A stretch of DNA of 39,877 bases from Minisyncoccota bacterium (lineage in GTDB: Bacteria; Patescibacteriota; Minisyncoccia; Minisyncoccales; CSSED10-335). Of the stretch, positions 24,452 to 33,480 are shown in pieces. The stretch lies in the NCBI GenBank assembly GCA_028701035.1, contig JAQVRO010000002.1, positions 30,226 to 70,102 on the forward strand, written 5' to 3'. How positions within the stretch are numbered: position 1 is the first letter of the stretch; each line of letters starts with the position of its first letter. The notes under the pieces are model-generated. The model was not told where the DNA came from and did not search any database. It worked only from the letters and a program-made list of their open reading frames with translations. Position numbers and translations under genes: made by a program.

Positions 24452-26170
24452 ATGAATAACATTTTTTCAAAGAAGAATTTATCTTATCTTTCTTTAGTAG
24501 TTGCTATTATTTTAATGGCTTTTCCTTATTTCTATCCTACAAATATTGGCTTAGTAATATTTTTAGGATTAGTCTTTGTTTCTCTAATGTATACTCTTTG
24601 GAGTATTGAGGGTGGAGCAATATCATTTCTTCTGTTTATTTCCTTTATTACAGCCACAATTAATAGCGATAAAACTATTCTTTTGTTGGGTATTTTGGGT
24701 GCGATTGTTGTTTTTCTGTCCACTTTTGGATTAAGAAAAAAGATTAAAAGTATTAAGAAGCAAGGAAGAAATTATAGTAATTTTTCAGAAAAGTCTGGCG
24801 ATGGAATAATAGTTATTCAAAATGAGATTGTAAAATATGTTAATCCTGCTTTTGCTGATGTTGTTGGTAAAAGACATTTTGGATTAGTAAATAGAAACAT
24901 CAAAGATCTTCCCTTTAAGGGGTTGTTTAAAGCAATAAATCAGTATGATCACGGTCAGTCGTTACATGAAATATCTTTTAAGAATAGGTATGGCAGAACG
25001 GTTATTATGGAAGCTAATATTACTACTATAAGCTATAACGAATCTTTGGCTTACCTGGTTACCATGCGTGACATTTTAAGAAGAACCAAAGTAGAAGAAG
25101 TTCTTCGTCAAAAAGAGCAAGAGTTCCAAAACTTAGTAGAGAATGCTACCGATGTTGTGGCTCGGTTTGATAAAGATTTGCGTTGCCTATACATTAATTC
25201 TATTGCTAAGAAAGAATGGAAGGTGAGTCCAAGTTATCTTTTTTGGAAAAGCATAGAAGATATTGGTCTTTCCAAAGATATGGCTCAAAAGTGGGAGACA
25301 GCCATGGATTATGTTTTTAAAAATGGAAAAGAGAAATCAATTCATATTGAGCATATCGTTGATGGAGATAAAAGATATTATCATGTTCGCTTGTTGCCCG
25401 AGTTTGATAAAGATAAGAATGTAAAAACAGTATTAACAATAAGCAGAAATGTTACCGAAATTAAAGAAATTGATCGATTAAAATCAGATTTCTTGTCTTA
25501 TACTACTCACCAATTACGCACCCCGATATCGGTAATAAGGTGGTGTTCGGTCATGTTCTTAGACGATATGTTAGGCAAACTAACTCAGAAGCAGAAAGAG
25601 TATATTAGAAAGATATACGAAGCTAATAACAATTTGGCTAATATTTCTAACACTTTCTTTAATGTTGCCTTATTAGAGTTTGGAATGCTTGATTTTCATG
25701 CCAAGAACGTAAATATTGTTAGCGTTGCTAAAAATTCAATAGAAGATTTAAGGTGTCAAGTTTTTGGCAAAAGCATAAAAATTCACGAAAATTACAAAAA
25801 CCAAAAACTTTTAGTAAAAGGAGAAGATCGGTTGTTGGAGGTAATTTTTAAGGGTTTAGTTTATAACGGTATTAAATATGGAAACCCAGGTGGCAATGTA
25901 TGGCTAGAAATTGAAAAAGATGGCGATAATGCCTATATCAAAGTAATGGACGATGGTTGTGGAATATCGCTAGAGGATAGATCTAAAATATTTACTAAGT
26001 TTTTTAGATCAGATAAGAGTAAAGATGTTCATGGCACCGGGCTTGATTTGTATATTATAAAATCAATTGTTGACAATCTTGGAGGGACTATTTCTTTTGA
26101 GTCTCCCAATCCAGAACTTAAGAACTTGACAGGAACTGTTTTCTATATTACTCTTCCACTTGCTAAATGA
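24452..26170 (+). CDS. Membrane sensor histidine kinase with PAS domains.
   Basis: It has N-terminal TM helices, two PAS-like regions, an H box (SYTTHQLRTPISVI), an N box (NGIKYGNPGG) and G boxes (DDGCGIS, GTGLDL). Confidence 0.9.
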   Translation: MNNIFSKKNLSYLSLVVAIILMAFPYFYPTNIGLVIFLGLVFVSLMYTLWSIEGGAISFLLFISFITATINSDKTILLLGILGAIVVFLSTFGLRKKIKSIKKQGRNYSNFSEKSGDGIIVIQNEIVKYVNPAFADVVGKRHFGLVNRNIKDLPFKGLFKAINQYDHGQSLHEISFKNRYGRTVIMEANITTISYNESLAYLVTMRDILRRTKVEEVLRQKEQEFQNLVENATDVVARFDKDLRCLYINSIAKKEWKVSPSYLFWKSIEDIGLSKDMAQKWETAMDYVFKNGKEKSIHIEHIVDGDKRYYHVRLLPEFDKDKNVKTVLTISRNVTEIKEIDRLKSDFLSYTTHQLRTPISVIRWCSVMFLDDMLGKLTQKQKEYIRKIYEANNNLANISNTFFNVALLEFGMLDFHAKNVNIVSVAKNSIEDLRCQVFGKSIKIHENYKNQKLLVKGEDRLLEVIFKGLVYNGIKYGNPGGNVWLEIEKDGDNAYIKVMDDGCGISLEDRSKIFTKFFRSDKSKDVHGTGLDLYIIKSIVDNLGGTISFESPNPELKNLTGTVFYITLPLAK

Positions 26171-28089
26171 AAAAGAATTATAAAAAATTAAGAGGAACAA
26201 TAGCTATAACCTCATTAGGTTCTGGCTACTTTTCGAGCGATCAGTCAAAAGAAGATATCTATATCTCTTTTCAGTTATTAAACACTGCCCTAAACGGAGA
26301 CGAGGTAGAGGTTTTTGTTTATCCTCAACTTGCTGGGGACAAATTAAGAGGAGAAGTTGTTCGTATAATTAATCGCAAAAAAGAAAAGTTTGTTGGAACT
26401 ATTGAGCGAAAGCCTAAAGACAAGTTTGCTTTTGTATCAACCGATGATAACAAGATGCATGTTCCAATATTTATACCCAATGCTCCCGAAGAAGCTAGGG
26501 ATGGAATTAAAGTTTTAGCAGAAATAATTAAGTGGACTGATCCTAGAAAGAATCCGACAGGAAAGATATTAACTATTATTGGAAAGAAGGGCGATAATGA
26601 TACTGAAATGGAGTCAATTGTTATTGAGCGTGGATTTGATGTTGGTTTTCCTGGAGAAGTAGAAAAAGAAAGTGAATTAATTAAAAAGACTCACGATCAA
26701 GATTTAATTTCTGAAATAAAAAAAAGGAAAGACTTTAGAGATACGCTAACTTTTACAATTGATCCAGACGATGCTAAAGACTTTGACGATGCTATATCTT
26801 TTAAGAGATTATCTGATGGTTTATTTGAAATCGGAGTTCATATAGCGGATGTGAGTCATTGGGTTAAAGAAAGAGGTTTAATTGATAAAGAAGCTATTAA
26901 AAGAGGTTTCTCGGTTTACTTAGTAGACAGGACTATTCCTATGCTTCCCGAAGTGCTATCAAACGATGTTTGCAGTTTAAATCCTAACGAAGATAAGCTC
27001 ACATTCTCTGCAGTGTTTAATATATCAAAAGATGGTGTTGTTAAAAATTCTTGGTTTGGCAAAACGGTAATTAATTCTGATAAAAGGTTTACTTACGAAG
27101 AGGCTCAAGGAGTAATAGATGGTAAGATTAAAAGCCCCTATACTAAAGAACTTCAAGACATTCTAGGAATTACTAAAAAGATGAGGAAGGGTAGAATTAA
27201 TAATGGGGCTTTAGAGATTGGCCATGATGAAGTACATGTTGAGGTTGATGCAAAAGGAACTCCAATTAATATTTCTGTTGAAAAAGGAATTGATTCACAA
27301 AAGCTGATAGAAGAACTTATGGTTTTGGCTAATAGAGAAGTCGCACTTTTTGTTGGAGGAAAGGATAGTAAGGGTTTGTGTATGTACCGAATTCATGAAA
27401 GGCCCGACAAAGATTCATTAGCTGAGCTTTTATCATTTCTTAAAAAGTTAGGACACAACTTTGATTTTAAAAGCTATAACTTATCTTCTAAAGATCTTAA
27501 TTCATTATTACAAAATATTAGTGGCACAGACGAAGAATTCTTGGTTAAATCAGTTGTTGTGAGATCGTTACCTAAGGCAATTTATTCTATAGACAATAAG
27601 GGGCACTTCGCTATGGCCCTAAAACACTACGCTCACTTTACATCTCCAATTAGAAGATACGCCGATTTTTTAGTTCACAAAGCCCTGCAAAAGAAGCTTG
27701 AAGGAAGACAAACAAACAAGAGTGATACTGTATTTTATAAAGATATGTGTCAAAAGTTGTCTCAGCGAGAGATTGAGGCTGCTTCGGCTGAGAGATTATC
27801 TGTAGCGCTCAAGCAAACAGAATATATGATTACTAAAAAGGGAGAAGTGCGGAGTGGTATTATATCTGGCATTACTGAATGGGGAATATATGTTCAAGAC
27901 ATTAAGACTAAGTCCGAAGGTATGATTAAGCTTAAAGAAATGAGGGATGATTTCTATATCTTTAGTAAAGAAAGCTTTTCTATTGTTGGATCTCGAACTA
28001 AAAAGAAGTATTCTCTTGGAGGTAGGGTAAAATTCAAGGTCGCAGGTGGAGATATTGAGCGTAAAATACTAGATTATACTTTAATATAA
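26167..28089 (+). CDS. rnr: Ribonuclease R / RNase II family exoribonuclease.
   Basis: The RNB domain motifs are TIDPDDAKDFDDAIS and FTSPIRRYADFLVH. A C-terminal S1-like domain is present. Confidence 0.9.
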   Translation: MKKNYKKLRGTIAITSLGSGYFSSDQSKEDIYISFQLLNTALNGDEVEVFVYPQLAGDKLRGEVVRIINRKKEKFVGTIERKPKDKFAFVSTDDNKMHVPIFIPNAPEEARDGIKVLAEIIKWTDPRKNPTGKILTIIGKKGDNDTEMESIVIERGFDVGFPGEVEKESELIKKTHDQDLISEIKKRKDFRDTLTFTIDPDDAKDFDDAISFKRLSDGLFEIGVHIADVSHWVKERGLIDKEAIKRGFSVYLVDRTIPMLPEVLSNDVCSLNPNEDKLTFSAVFNISKDGVVKNSWFGKTVINSDKRFTYEEAQGVIDGKIKSPYTKELQDILGITKKMRKGRINNGALEIGHDEVHVEVDAKGTPINISVEKGIDSQKLIEELMVLANREVALFVGGKDSKGLCMYRIHERPDKDSLAELLSFLKKLGHNFDFKSYNLSSKDLNSLLQNISGTDEEFLVKSVVVRSLPKAIYSIDNKGHFAMALKHYAHFTSPIRRYADFLVHKALQKKLEGRQTNKSDTVFYKDMCQKLSQREIEAASAERLSVALKQTEYMITKKGEVRSGIISGITEWGIYVQDIKTKSEGMIKLKEMRDDFYIFSKESFSIVGSRTKKKYSLGGRVKFKVAGGDIERKILDYTLI

Positions 28090-29129
28090 TGGCATTATCA
28101 GTCGGAATTGTTGGCTTTCCTAATGTTGGAAAGTCTACTCTATTTCAAACACTAACAAAGAAGCAAGTTGATTGTGCAAATTATCCTTTTTGTACCATAG
28201 ATCCTAATGTAGGGATTGTAGAGGTCAAAGACAAAAGGGTTTTAGAACTTGTTAAAATATTTAATCCTAAGAAAACTATTTACTGCACAGTTCAGTTTAC
28301 CGATATTGCAGGTCTAGTTGAGGGTGCTAGCCGGGGCGAGGGGCTAGGCAATAGATTCTTAGCCAATATCAGAGAAACAGATGTGATCGTCTATGTTTTA
28401 AGAGCTTTTGAAGACTCTAATATATCTAATGTTTTAGATAGCGTTAATCCTAAAAAAGAGATAGAGCTTTTAAATACGGAGTTAATATTTAAAGATTTAG
28501 AAACGGTAGACAAAAGGATTAATTCTTTAGAAAAAGAAATAAGGGCTCAGAAGAAAGAGGCCAAAAAAGAAATGGAGGTCTTTTTGAGAGCAAAAGGTAT
28601 TCTTGAAAAAGGAGAGGTATTAATTGATTCTAATTTAGAACAAGAAGATATAGAATTATTGAAACCATATCAATTACTTACAATTAAACCAAGAATATAT
28701 TTGCTAAACGGAAAGAAAGGAGAGGTTGATGAATTTGACGATTGTATCGTTATGGATATTTTAAATGAGTTTGAATTTTCTAATTTTAGTCCCGCCGAGA
28801 GATTAGAGTTGGGTTTGTCGGAAGAATCGGGAATAGATCAATTAGTTCAAAAAGCTTATGAGCTACTTAATTTAATAACATTTTTTACTGTTGGATCTGA
28901 CGAAGTAAGAGCCTGGGAGATTAAAAGGGGTTACTTAGCTCCAGAGGCCGCCGGAGTAATACATACTGATTTCGAAAGAGCTTTTATTAAAGCCGATGTT
29001 ATCAACTATCAAGAATTTATTAAAATTAAAGATATGACTGAAGCTAGAAAGAAAGGGTTAATTAGAATGGAAGGAAAAGAATATGTTGTTCAAGATGGAG
29101 ATATTATGGAGATAAAAAGTGGGGTTTGA
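28089..29129 (+). CDS. ychF: Obg-like ATPase YchF.
   Basis: It has GIVGFPNVGKSTLF (G1), DIAGLVEGAS (G3) and a TGS-like C-terminus. Confidence 0.9.
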   Translation: MALSVGIVGFPNVGKSTLFQTLTKKQVDCANYPFCTIDPNVGIVEVKDKRVLELVKIFNPKKTIYCTVQFTDIAGLVEGASRGEGLGNRFLANIRETDVIVYVLRAFEDSNISNVLDSVNPKKEIELLNTELIFKDLETVDKRINSLEKEIRAQKKEAKKEMEVFLRAKGILEKGEVLIDSNLEQEDIELLKPYQLLTIKPRIYLLNGKKGEVDEFDDCIVMDILNEFEFSNFSPAERLELGLSEESGIDQLVQKAYELLNLITFFTVGSDEVRAWEIKRGYLAPEAAGVIHTDFERAFIKADVINYQEFIKIKDMTEARKKGLIRMEGKEYVVQDGDIMEIKSGV

Positions 29130-29331
29130 TTTTATTCTTATTTTTGCTATAGTAATTCTTGTGATTTTAAATTTAACTATCGCCGTCTGGGCGTTTTTTA
29201 GTGAAAAATATATGGATTGGGATAATTACGAAAAAGAATTAGCTTCTCTTTACGATCAACAAAGAGAAGACTTAGAAGAAGAATTAGAGACTGAGATTAA
29301 AATCGTGTTTGCAAGCATTGACAAATATTAA
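29119..29331 (+). CDS. Hypothetical small membrane protein (GTG start).
   Basis: It has one TM helix (FDFILIFAIVILVILNLTIAVWAFF) and an acidic tail. Support is only ORF length and hydrophobicity. Confidence 0.3.
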   Translation: MGFDFILIFAIVILVILNLTIAVWAFFSEKYMDWDNYEKELASLYDQQREDLEEELETEIKIVFASIDKY

Positions 29332-29345
29332 ATTTAGCATATACT
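29318..29345 (+). promoter_or_regulatory. Promoter TTGACA-16 nt-TATACT for the RRM gene.
   Basis: Read directly. It predicts a 5' UTR of about 90 nt. Confidence 0.5.
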
Positions 29346-29441
29346 GACCTCATAGTCCTGAGACCGTGTCCTCGTTAGCTTTTTTGGCAAAAGGGGAAGG
29401 AACAGGCGAAAGGTCGCTTATTAAGTTTATCAAAAAATCAA

Positions 29442-29708
29442 ATGGCCAAGAAGCTATATATAGGAAACTTGTCTTACGAGACAAACGCTGACAGATTGAA
29501 AGAGGTTTTCTCAGAAGCAGGAGCAGTAGAAACTGCATCTGTTATCACTGACAAGTTTTCCGGAAGATCAAGAGGTTTTGGTTTCGTTGAAATGACAAAT
29601 GATGAAGATGCTCAAAAAGCAATCGACATGTTCAACGAAAAAGAAATTGACGGTAGAAAGCTTATCGTTAACGAAGCAAAACCAATGACTCCTAGGGACA
29701 ACAACTAA
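29442..29708 (+). CDS. RRM-type RNA-binding protein.
   Basis: It has RNP-2 (LYIGNL) and RNP-1 (RGFGFVEM). The 88 aa product is a single RRM. Confidence 0.9.
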   Translation: MAKKLYIGNLSYETNADRLKEVFSEAGAVETASVITDKFSGRSRGFGFVEMTNDEDAQKAIDMFNEKEIDGRKLIVNEAKPMTPRDNN

Positions 29709-29723
29709 AAGAGTTAATAGAAG

Positions 29724-29756
29724 CAAGCGGGAATTACTTTCCCGCTTGTTTTTATT
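29724..29756 (+). terminator. Intrinsic terminator.
   Basis: The stem is CAAGCGGGAA-TTAC-TTTCCCGCTTG, followed by TTTTTATTTT. Confidence 0.75.
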
Positions 29757-29774
29757 TTAAATAATTGATAATAT
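29746..29774 (+). promoter_or_regulatory. Candidate promoter TTGTTT-17 nt-TGaTAATAT (extended -10).
   Basis: The -10 box ends 6 nt before the ATG at 29781. Confidence 0.4.
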
Positions 29775-29780
29775 ATTAAT

Positions 29781-29957
29781 ATGGAAAAAGAAATAGAAGA
29801 AAAGTTAGATGCGATATATAGTTCGGTTGAAAAAACTAGAAAGTATTTTTTAGCTACTATGATAATGACCGTGGCAATGATTGTCTTGCCATTATTAGGT
29901 TTAGTTATTGTTATACCTAAAATAATATCTAGTTATATGGAAATATTAAGTATTTAA
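29781..29957 (+). CDS. Unlisted 58-aa ORF encoding a small tail-anchored membrane protein.
   Basis: I translated it by hand as MEKEIEEKLDAIYSSVEKTRKYFLATMIMTVAMIVLPLLGLVIVIPKIISSYMEILSI. It falls below the 60-aa track cutoff. It fills the gap between a terminator and the response regulator gene and has a promoter-like sequence in front. Confidence 0.4.
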   Translation: MEKEIEEKLDAIYSSVEKTRKYFLATMIMTVAMIVLPLLGLVIVIPKIISSYMEILSI

Positions 29958-29961
29958 ATTT

Positions 29962-30336
29962 ATGGAAAATTTAAAATCAATTTTAATAGTAGAAGATGAT
30001 CCTTTTTTAACTGAAATATATGTTTCTAAGTTAGAACCAAGGGGCTATAATATTGATGCTGCTCGAGATGGAGAGGAGGCTTTGGAGTTTTTAAAAACAA
30101 AAAGCTTTGATTTAGTTGTTTTAGATATCAATTTACCTAAAATTAGTGGCTGGGATGTTTTAAGAGAAATTAGAAACAATCCTAATACACACGATCTAAA
30201 GGTTATTATAGTTTCTAATTTTGAAAACGAAGACCAGCAATTAACAGAAGAGCTAGGGGTCAAGAAGTTTATTGTAAAAATATATCATACCCCTGAGGAT
30301 ATTGCTCAAGAAATAGAGCAAGAGCTTGCTATTTAG
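29962..30336 (+). CDS. Stand-alone response regulator receiver (CheY-like) protein.
   Basis: The 124 aa product has ILIVEDD, DLVVLDINLP (phospho-Asp) and a conserved Lys context. There is no output domain. Confidence 0.9.
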   Translation: MENLKSILIVEDDPFLTEIYVSKLEPRGYNIDAARDGEEALEFLKTKSFDLVVLDINLPKISGWDVLREIRNNPNTHDLKVIIVSNFENEDQQLTEELGVKKFIVKIYHTPEDIAQEIEQELAI

Positions 30337-32362
30337 GTTTTTTGTTAGACACAAAGTCACATTCGGGATAATTAGAGCAACCATAAAAAGATCTGCCTTT
30401 TTTAGATTTTTTCATAACTACATCTCCCTTTTCACATTTAGGACACTTAACTCCGATTCTAGTGTCAACTTTTCTTATATTCTTACAAGTAGGATAATTG
30501 GAACATCCCCAAAATGTTCCAAACTTGCTTCTTTTTAAAACCATTTTAGCACCACATTCTTCGCAAGGCTCGCTACTCTCTTCTTCTGCGGTTGATTTTG
30601 TGTTCTTGCATTCGGGATAATTAGAGCAGGCTAAAAAACTACCAAATCTCCCGACTTTTAAAACCATTTTAGATTTGCATTTTTCGCAAATCTCATCTGT
30701 TTCTTTTTCTACTTTATTAATTTCCATTTCTTTTTGTTTTAATAATTTAATAAAGGGGTTATAGAAATTAGATAATACTTCTTTCCAGTCGGCTTTATTT
30801 ATTGCTATTAAGTCGAGCTTTTGCTCTATACCTGCGGTAAAGTTTGGGTCTACTATTTCTTTAAAATGTTCTGATAAGAGATCGCTTACAATAATACCAA
30901 CTTCACTTGGTATAAATCTTTTTTCCTCGTTTTTAGATACATAGTTTCTTTCTTGTATTGTCGACATTATTGTTGCATAAGTTGATGGTCGGCCAATGCC
31001 GTTTTCTTCCAGTGCTTTAATTAATGTTGCTTCGCTATATCTTGCTTTGGGTTGAGTAAAATGTTGTTCTGGAATTACCTTTACTAAGTCTAATAGGTCA
31101 CTCTTTTCTATTTCGGGTATTGTTTTTTCTTCAGTCTTAATTGGGTAAACCCTTAGAAAACCTTCAAAAACCATTGTTTGCCCCGATGATCTTAGGTGGA
31201 ATTTCTTTGAAACGGTCTCAATTTCAACTGTTGTTTGGCTTATTATAGCGGGGGACATAAGACTAGCAGTAAACCTAGACCAAATTAAACTATATAGCTT
31301 AGTTTGTTTTTCGTCTAAATTGGTAATGTTTAGCGGATTATTTTTAGGGTTAGATGGCCTAATAGCTTCGTGTGCTTCTTGAGCACTTTTTGATTTCGTT
31401 TTATATATTTTACCAGACCAATATTTTTCTCCATATTCTTTAACGATATATTCCTTAGCTTCGCTTATAGCATAAGAAGATAGGTTATAAGAATCGGTTC
31501 TGTGATAAGTTGTAAGCCCCTTTTCATATAATTGTTGTGCTATTCGCATTGTCATTTTTGCGGAGAATCTTAGCTTCTTGTATGCCTCTTGTTGAAGGGT
31601 GCTAGTAATAAATGGTGGAAGGGGACTCTTTTTAACATTTTTCTTGGCTATATCAGAAACTAAGTATTTTTCTTGCTCTAACTCTTTAGCAACGTCGTTG
31701 GCTGGTAGGGTAAATTTATCTACCTTTTGATTATTAATTTTAACTAACTGAGCAATAAGAGTCAGCTTTTCTTCTTTTGGTTTTAATTCAACATCTATTG
31801 TCCAGTATTCTTCTTTTTGAAAATCGTTAATCTCTTTTTCTCGATCAACTACAAATTTTAAAGCAGCTGACTGAACTCTACCGGCCGACAAGCCTCGGGC
31901 CACTTTTTTCCATAAGAAAGGAGATAGCTTGTATCCAACAATTCGATCTAAGAATCTTCTTGCTTGCTGAGCGTCAACTAAATTCATGTCAATTTCTCGA
32001 GGATTATTTAAAGATTCCTCTACGGCAGATTTGGTAATTTCATGAAAAGCTATTCTTTGGTATTTATCTAATTTAAGCGTCTCAACCAAATGCCAAGCAA
32101 TAGCTTCTCCTTCTCGATCCGGATCCGTTGCTAGGTAAACTGTGTCAGCTTTTTTGACCAACTTCTTAAGCTCATCTATTGTTTTCTTAGCTTTGGGCAA
32201 TGATTTGTATTGTGGTTCAAAGTTATTTTCTACATCAATGCCAAGTTTTGTTTTAGGTAAATCCCTTACATGACCGAAAGAAGACGTAATATTATATCCT
32301 TTTTTCAAAAAGCTTTTTATAGTTTTTGATTTTGTTGGACTTTCAACGATAATTAGATCCAT
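30329..32362 (-). CDS. topA: DNA topoisomerase I.
   Basis: The N-terminus is TOPRIM (LIIVESPTKSKTI, DPDREGEAIAWH). The catalytic Tyr context is TTYHRTDS. Three C-terminal C4 zinc ribbons are present. Confidence 0.95.
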   Translation of the reverse strand: MDLIIVESPTKSKTIKSFLKKGYNITSSFGHVRDLPKTKLGIDVENNFEPQYKSLPKAKKTIDELKKLVKKADTVYLATDPDREGEAIAWHLVETLKLDKYQRIAFHEITKSAVEESLNNPREIDMNLVDAQQARRFLDRIVGYKLSPFLWKKVARGLSAGRVQSAALKFVVDREKEINDFQKEEYWTIDVELKPKEEKLTLIAQLVKINNQKVDKFTLPANDVAKELEQEKYLVSDIAKKNVKKSPLPPFITSTLQQEAYKKLRFSAKMTMRIAQQLYEKGLTTYHRTDSYNLSSYAISEAKEYIVKEYGEKYWSGKIYKTKSKSAQEAHEAIRPSNPKNNPLNITNLDEKQTKLYSLIWSRFTASLMSPAIISQTTVEIETVSKKFHLRSSGQTMVFEGFLRVYPIKTEEKTIPEIEKSDLLDLVKVIPEQHFTQPKARYSEATLIKALEENGIGRPSTYATIMSTIQERNYVSKNEEKRFIPSEVGIIVSDLLSEHFKEIVDPNFTAGIEQKLDLIAINKADWKEVLSNFYNPFIKLLKQKEMEINKVEKETDEICEKCKSKMVLKVGRFGSFLACSNYPECKNTKSTAEEESSEPCEECGAKMVLKRSKFGTFWGCSNYPTCKNIRKVDTRIGVKCPKCEKGDVVMKKSKKGRSFYGCSNYPECDFVSNKKPK

Positions 32363-32871
32363 TTGTTTAGTTCTTTTAGGGCTTCTAAATATATTTTATT
32401 TAATAATTCTTTTTCTTCTGTGGTGAATTTTTTCAAGACAAAGTCACTTACTTCTTCGGGTTTTGTATTAGGTAAAATTCCAATTCTTATTCTAGTAAAG
32501 TCTTTAGTACCAATTTCTTTAATTATTGAGGCCACCCCTCTATGACCAGCAGGACCACTGTCTTTGGATATTTTAATCTTTCCTATTTCAATATCAATAT
32601 CGTCATGAACAACAATAATATTTTCGGGCTTTATTCCAAACTTTTTAATTGTCTTTTTGACAACTATTCCCGAGAGATTCATAAAACTATGAGGCTTTAT
32701 AATCACTAAGTTTTGGTTTTGAGATATTTCAGCATTAATTTTTTCCGAAAAAGAGAAATCTTCTAAATTATTATCTTTAACAAAAATATCTACCAAGTCA
32801 AAGCCGGCGTTGTGCCGACTGCCTTTGTATTTGTCTCCGGGATTACCCAATCCAATAATGCAATTCTTCAT
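32353..32871 (-). CDS. pth: Peptidyl-tRNA hydrolase.
   Basis: It has GLGNPGDKYKGSRHNAGF and HDDIDIEIGKIK motifs. Confidence 0.9.
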   Translation of the reverse strand: MKNCIIGLGNPGDKYKGSRHNAGFDLVDIFVKDNNLEDFSFSEKINAEISQNQNLVIIKPHSFMNLSGIVVKKTIKKFGIKPENIIVVHDDIDIEIGKIKISKDSGPAGHRGVASIIKEIGTKDFTRIRIGILPNTKPEEVSDFVLKKFTTEEKELLNKIYLEALKELNKWI

Positions 32872-32877
32872 ATTATT

Positions 32878-32886
32878 ACTATACCA
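32878..32886 (-). promoter_or_regulatory. Extended -10 element TGgTATAGT for pth (minus strand).
   Basis: The reverse complement reads ...ATATGGTATAGTAATAAT-ATG. The -10 box ends 6 nt before the pth ATG. The -35 is weak. Confidence 0.4.
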
Positions 32887-32892
32887 TATTAC

Positions 32893-32920
32893 TTGTAAAA
32901 AAAGAAAATTCTGGTAGAAT
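32893..32920 (+). promoter_or_regulatory. Promoter TTGTAA-16 nt-TGgTAGAAT (extended -10) for lepB.
   Basis: The -10 box ends 7 nt before the ATG at 32928, and there is no SD. Confidence 0.5.
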
Positions 32921-32927
32921 TGACTAT

Positions 32928-33476
32928 ATGAAAAACATAATGTATGAATTTTTGGATTTAGTCAAGATAGTTTTAATTGCCTTGATAGTGGTTCTGCCTA
33001 TCCGTTACTTTTTATTCCAACCTTTTATCGTCAACGGGCAATCAATGGAGCCTACTTATTGTGACCGTGATTATTTACTAGTAGATCAGATTTCTTATCG
33101 TTTTAAAGAACCCCAGAGAGGCGAGGTTATTGTTTTTTATTACCCTGAAGATGTTCGTTTTCGTCACATTAAAAGAATTGTTGGTTTGCCCGGCGAAACC
33201 ATATCAATAACAAACGATAAGATAGAGGTTATTGATGCTGATGGTAATATTCTTGAGATAGATGAATCTGAATATTTGCCATTTAACACTACAAAATTAG
33301 GCGAAGTTGAGTTAGTTTTGCCCGAAGATAGTTTCTTTGTTATGGGGGATAACCGAGGAGCTTCTTTTGATTCGCGAAAGTGGGGTTATTTACCAAAAGA
33401 ATATATTATTGGTAAGGTTTTCTTAAGAGCATATCCGTTTCAAAGATTTGAATTAATTGAGGCTCCAGCCTACTAA
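32928..33476 (+). CDS. lepB: Signal peptidase I.
   Basis: It has NGQSMEPT (catalytic Ser), IKRIVGLPGE (Lys) and GDNRGASFDSR. Confidence 0.9.
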   Translation: MKNIMYEFLDLVKIVLIALIVVLPIRYFLFQPFIVNGQSMEPTYCDRDYLLVDQISYRFKEPQRGEVIVFYYPEDVRFRHIKRIVGLPGETISITNDKIEVIDADGNILEIDESEYLPFNTTKLGEVELVLPEDSFFVMGDNRGASFDSRKWGYLPKEYIIGKVFLRAYPFQRFELIEAPAY

Positions 33477-33480
33477 AACA

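Noticed and set aside
30326-30538. A plus-strand 70-aa ORF following the response regulator.
   Set aside because: It lies antisense to the zinc-ribbon region of topA. Its sequence is Phe/Arg-rich with no features, and the topA frame explains the region.
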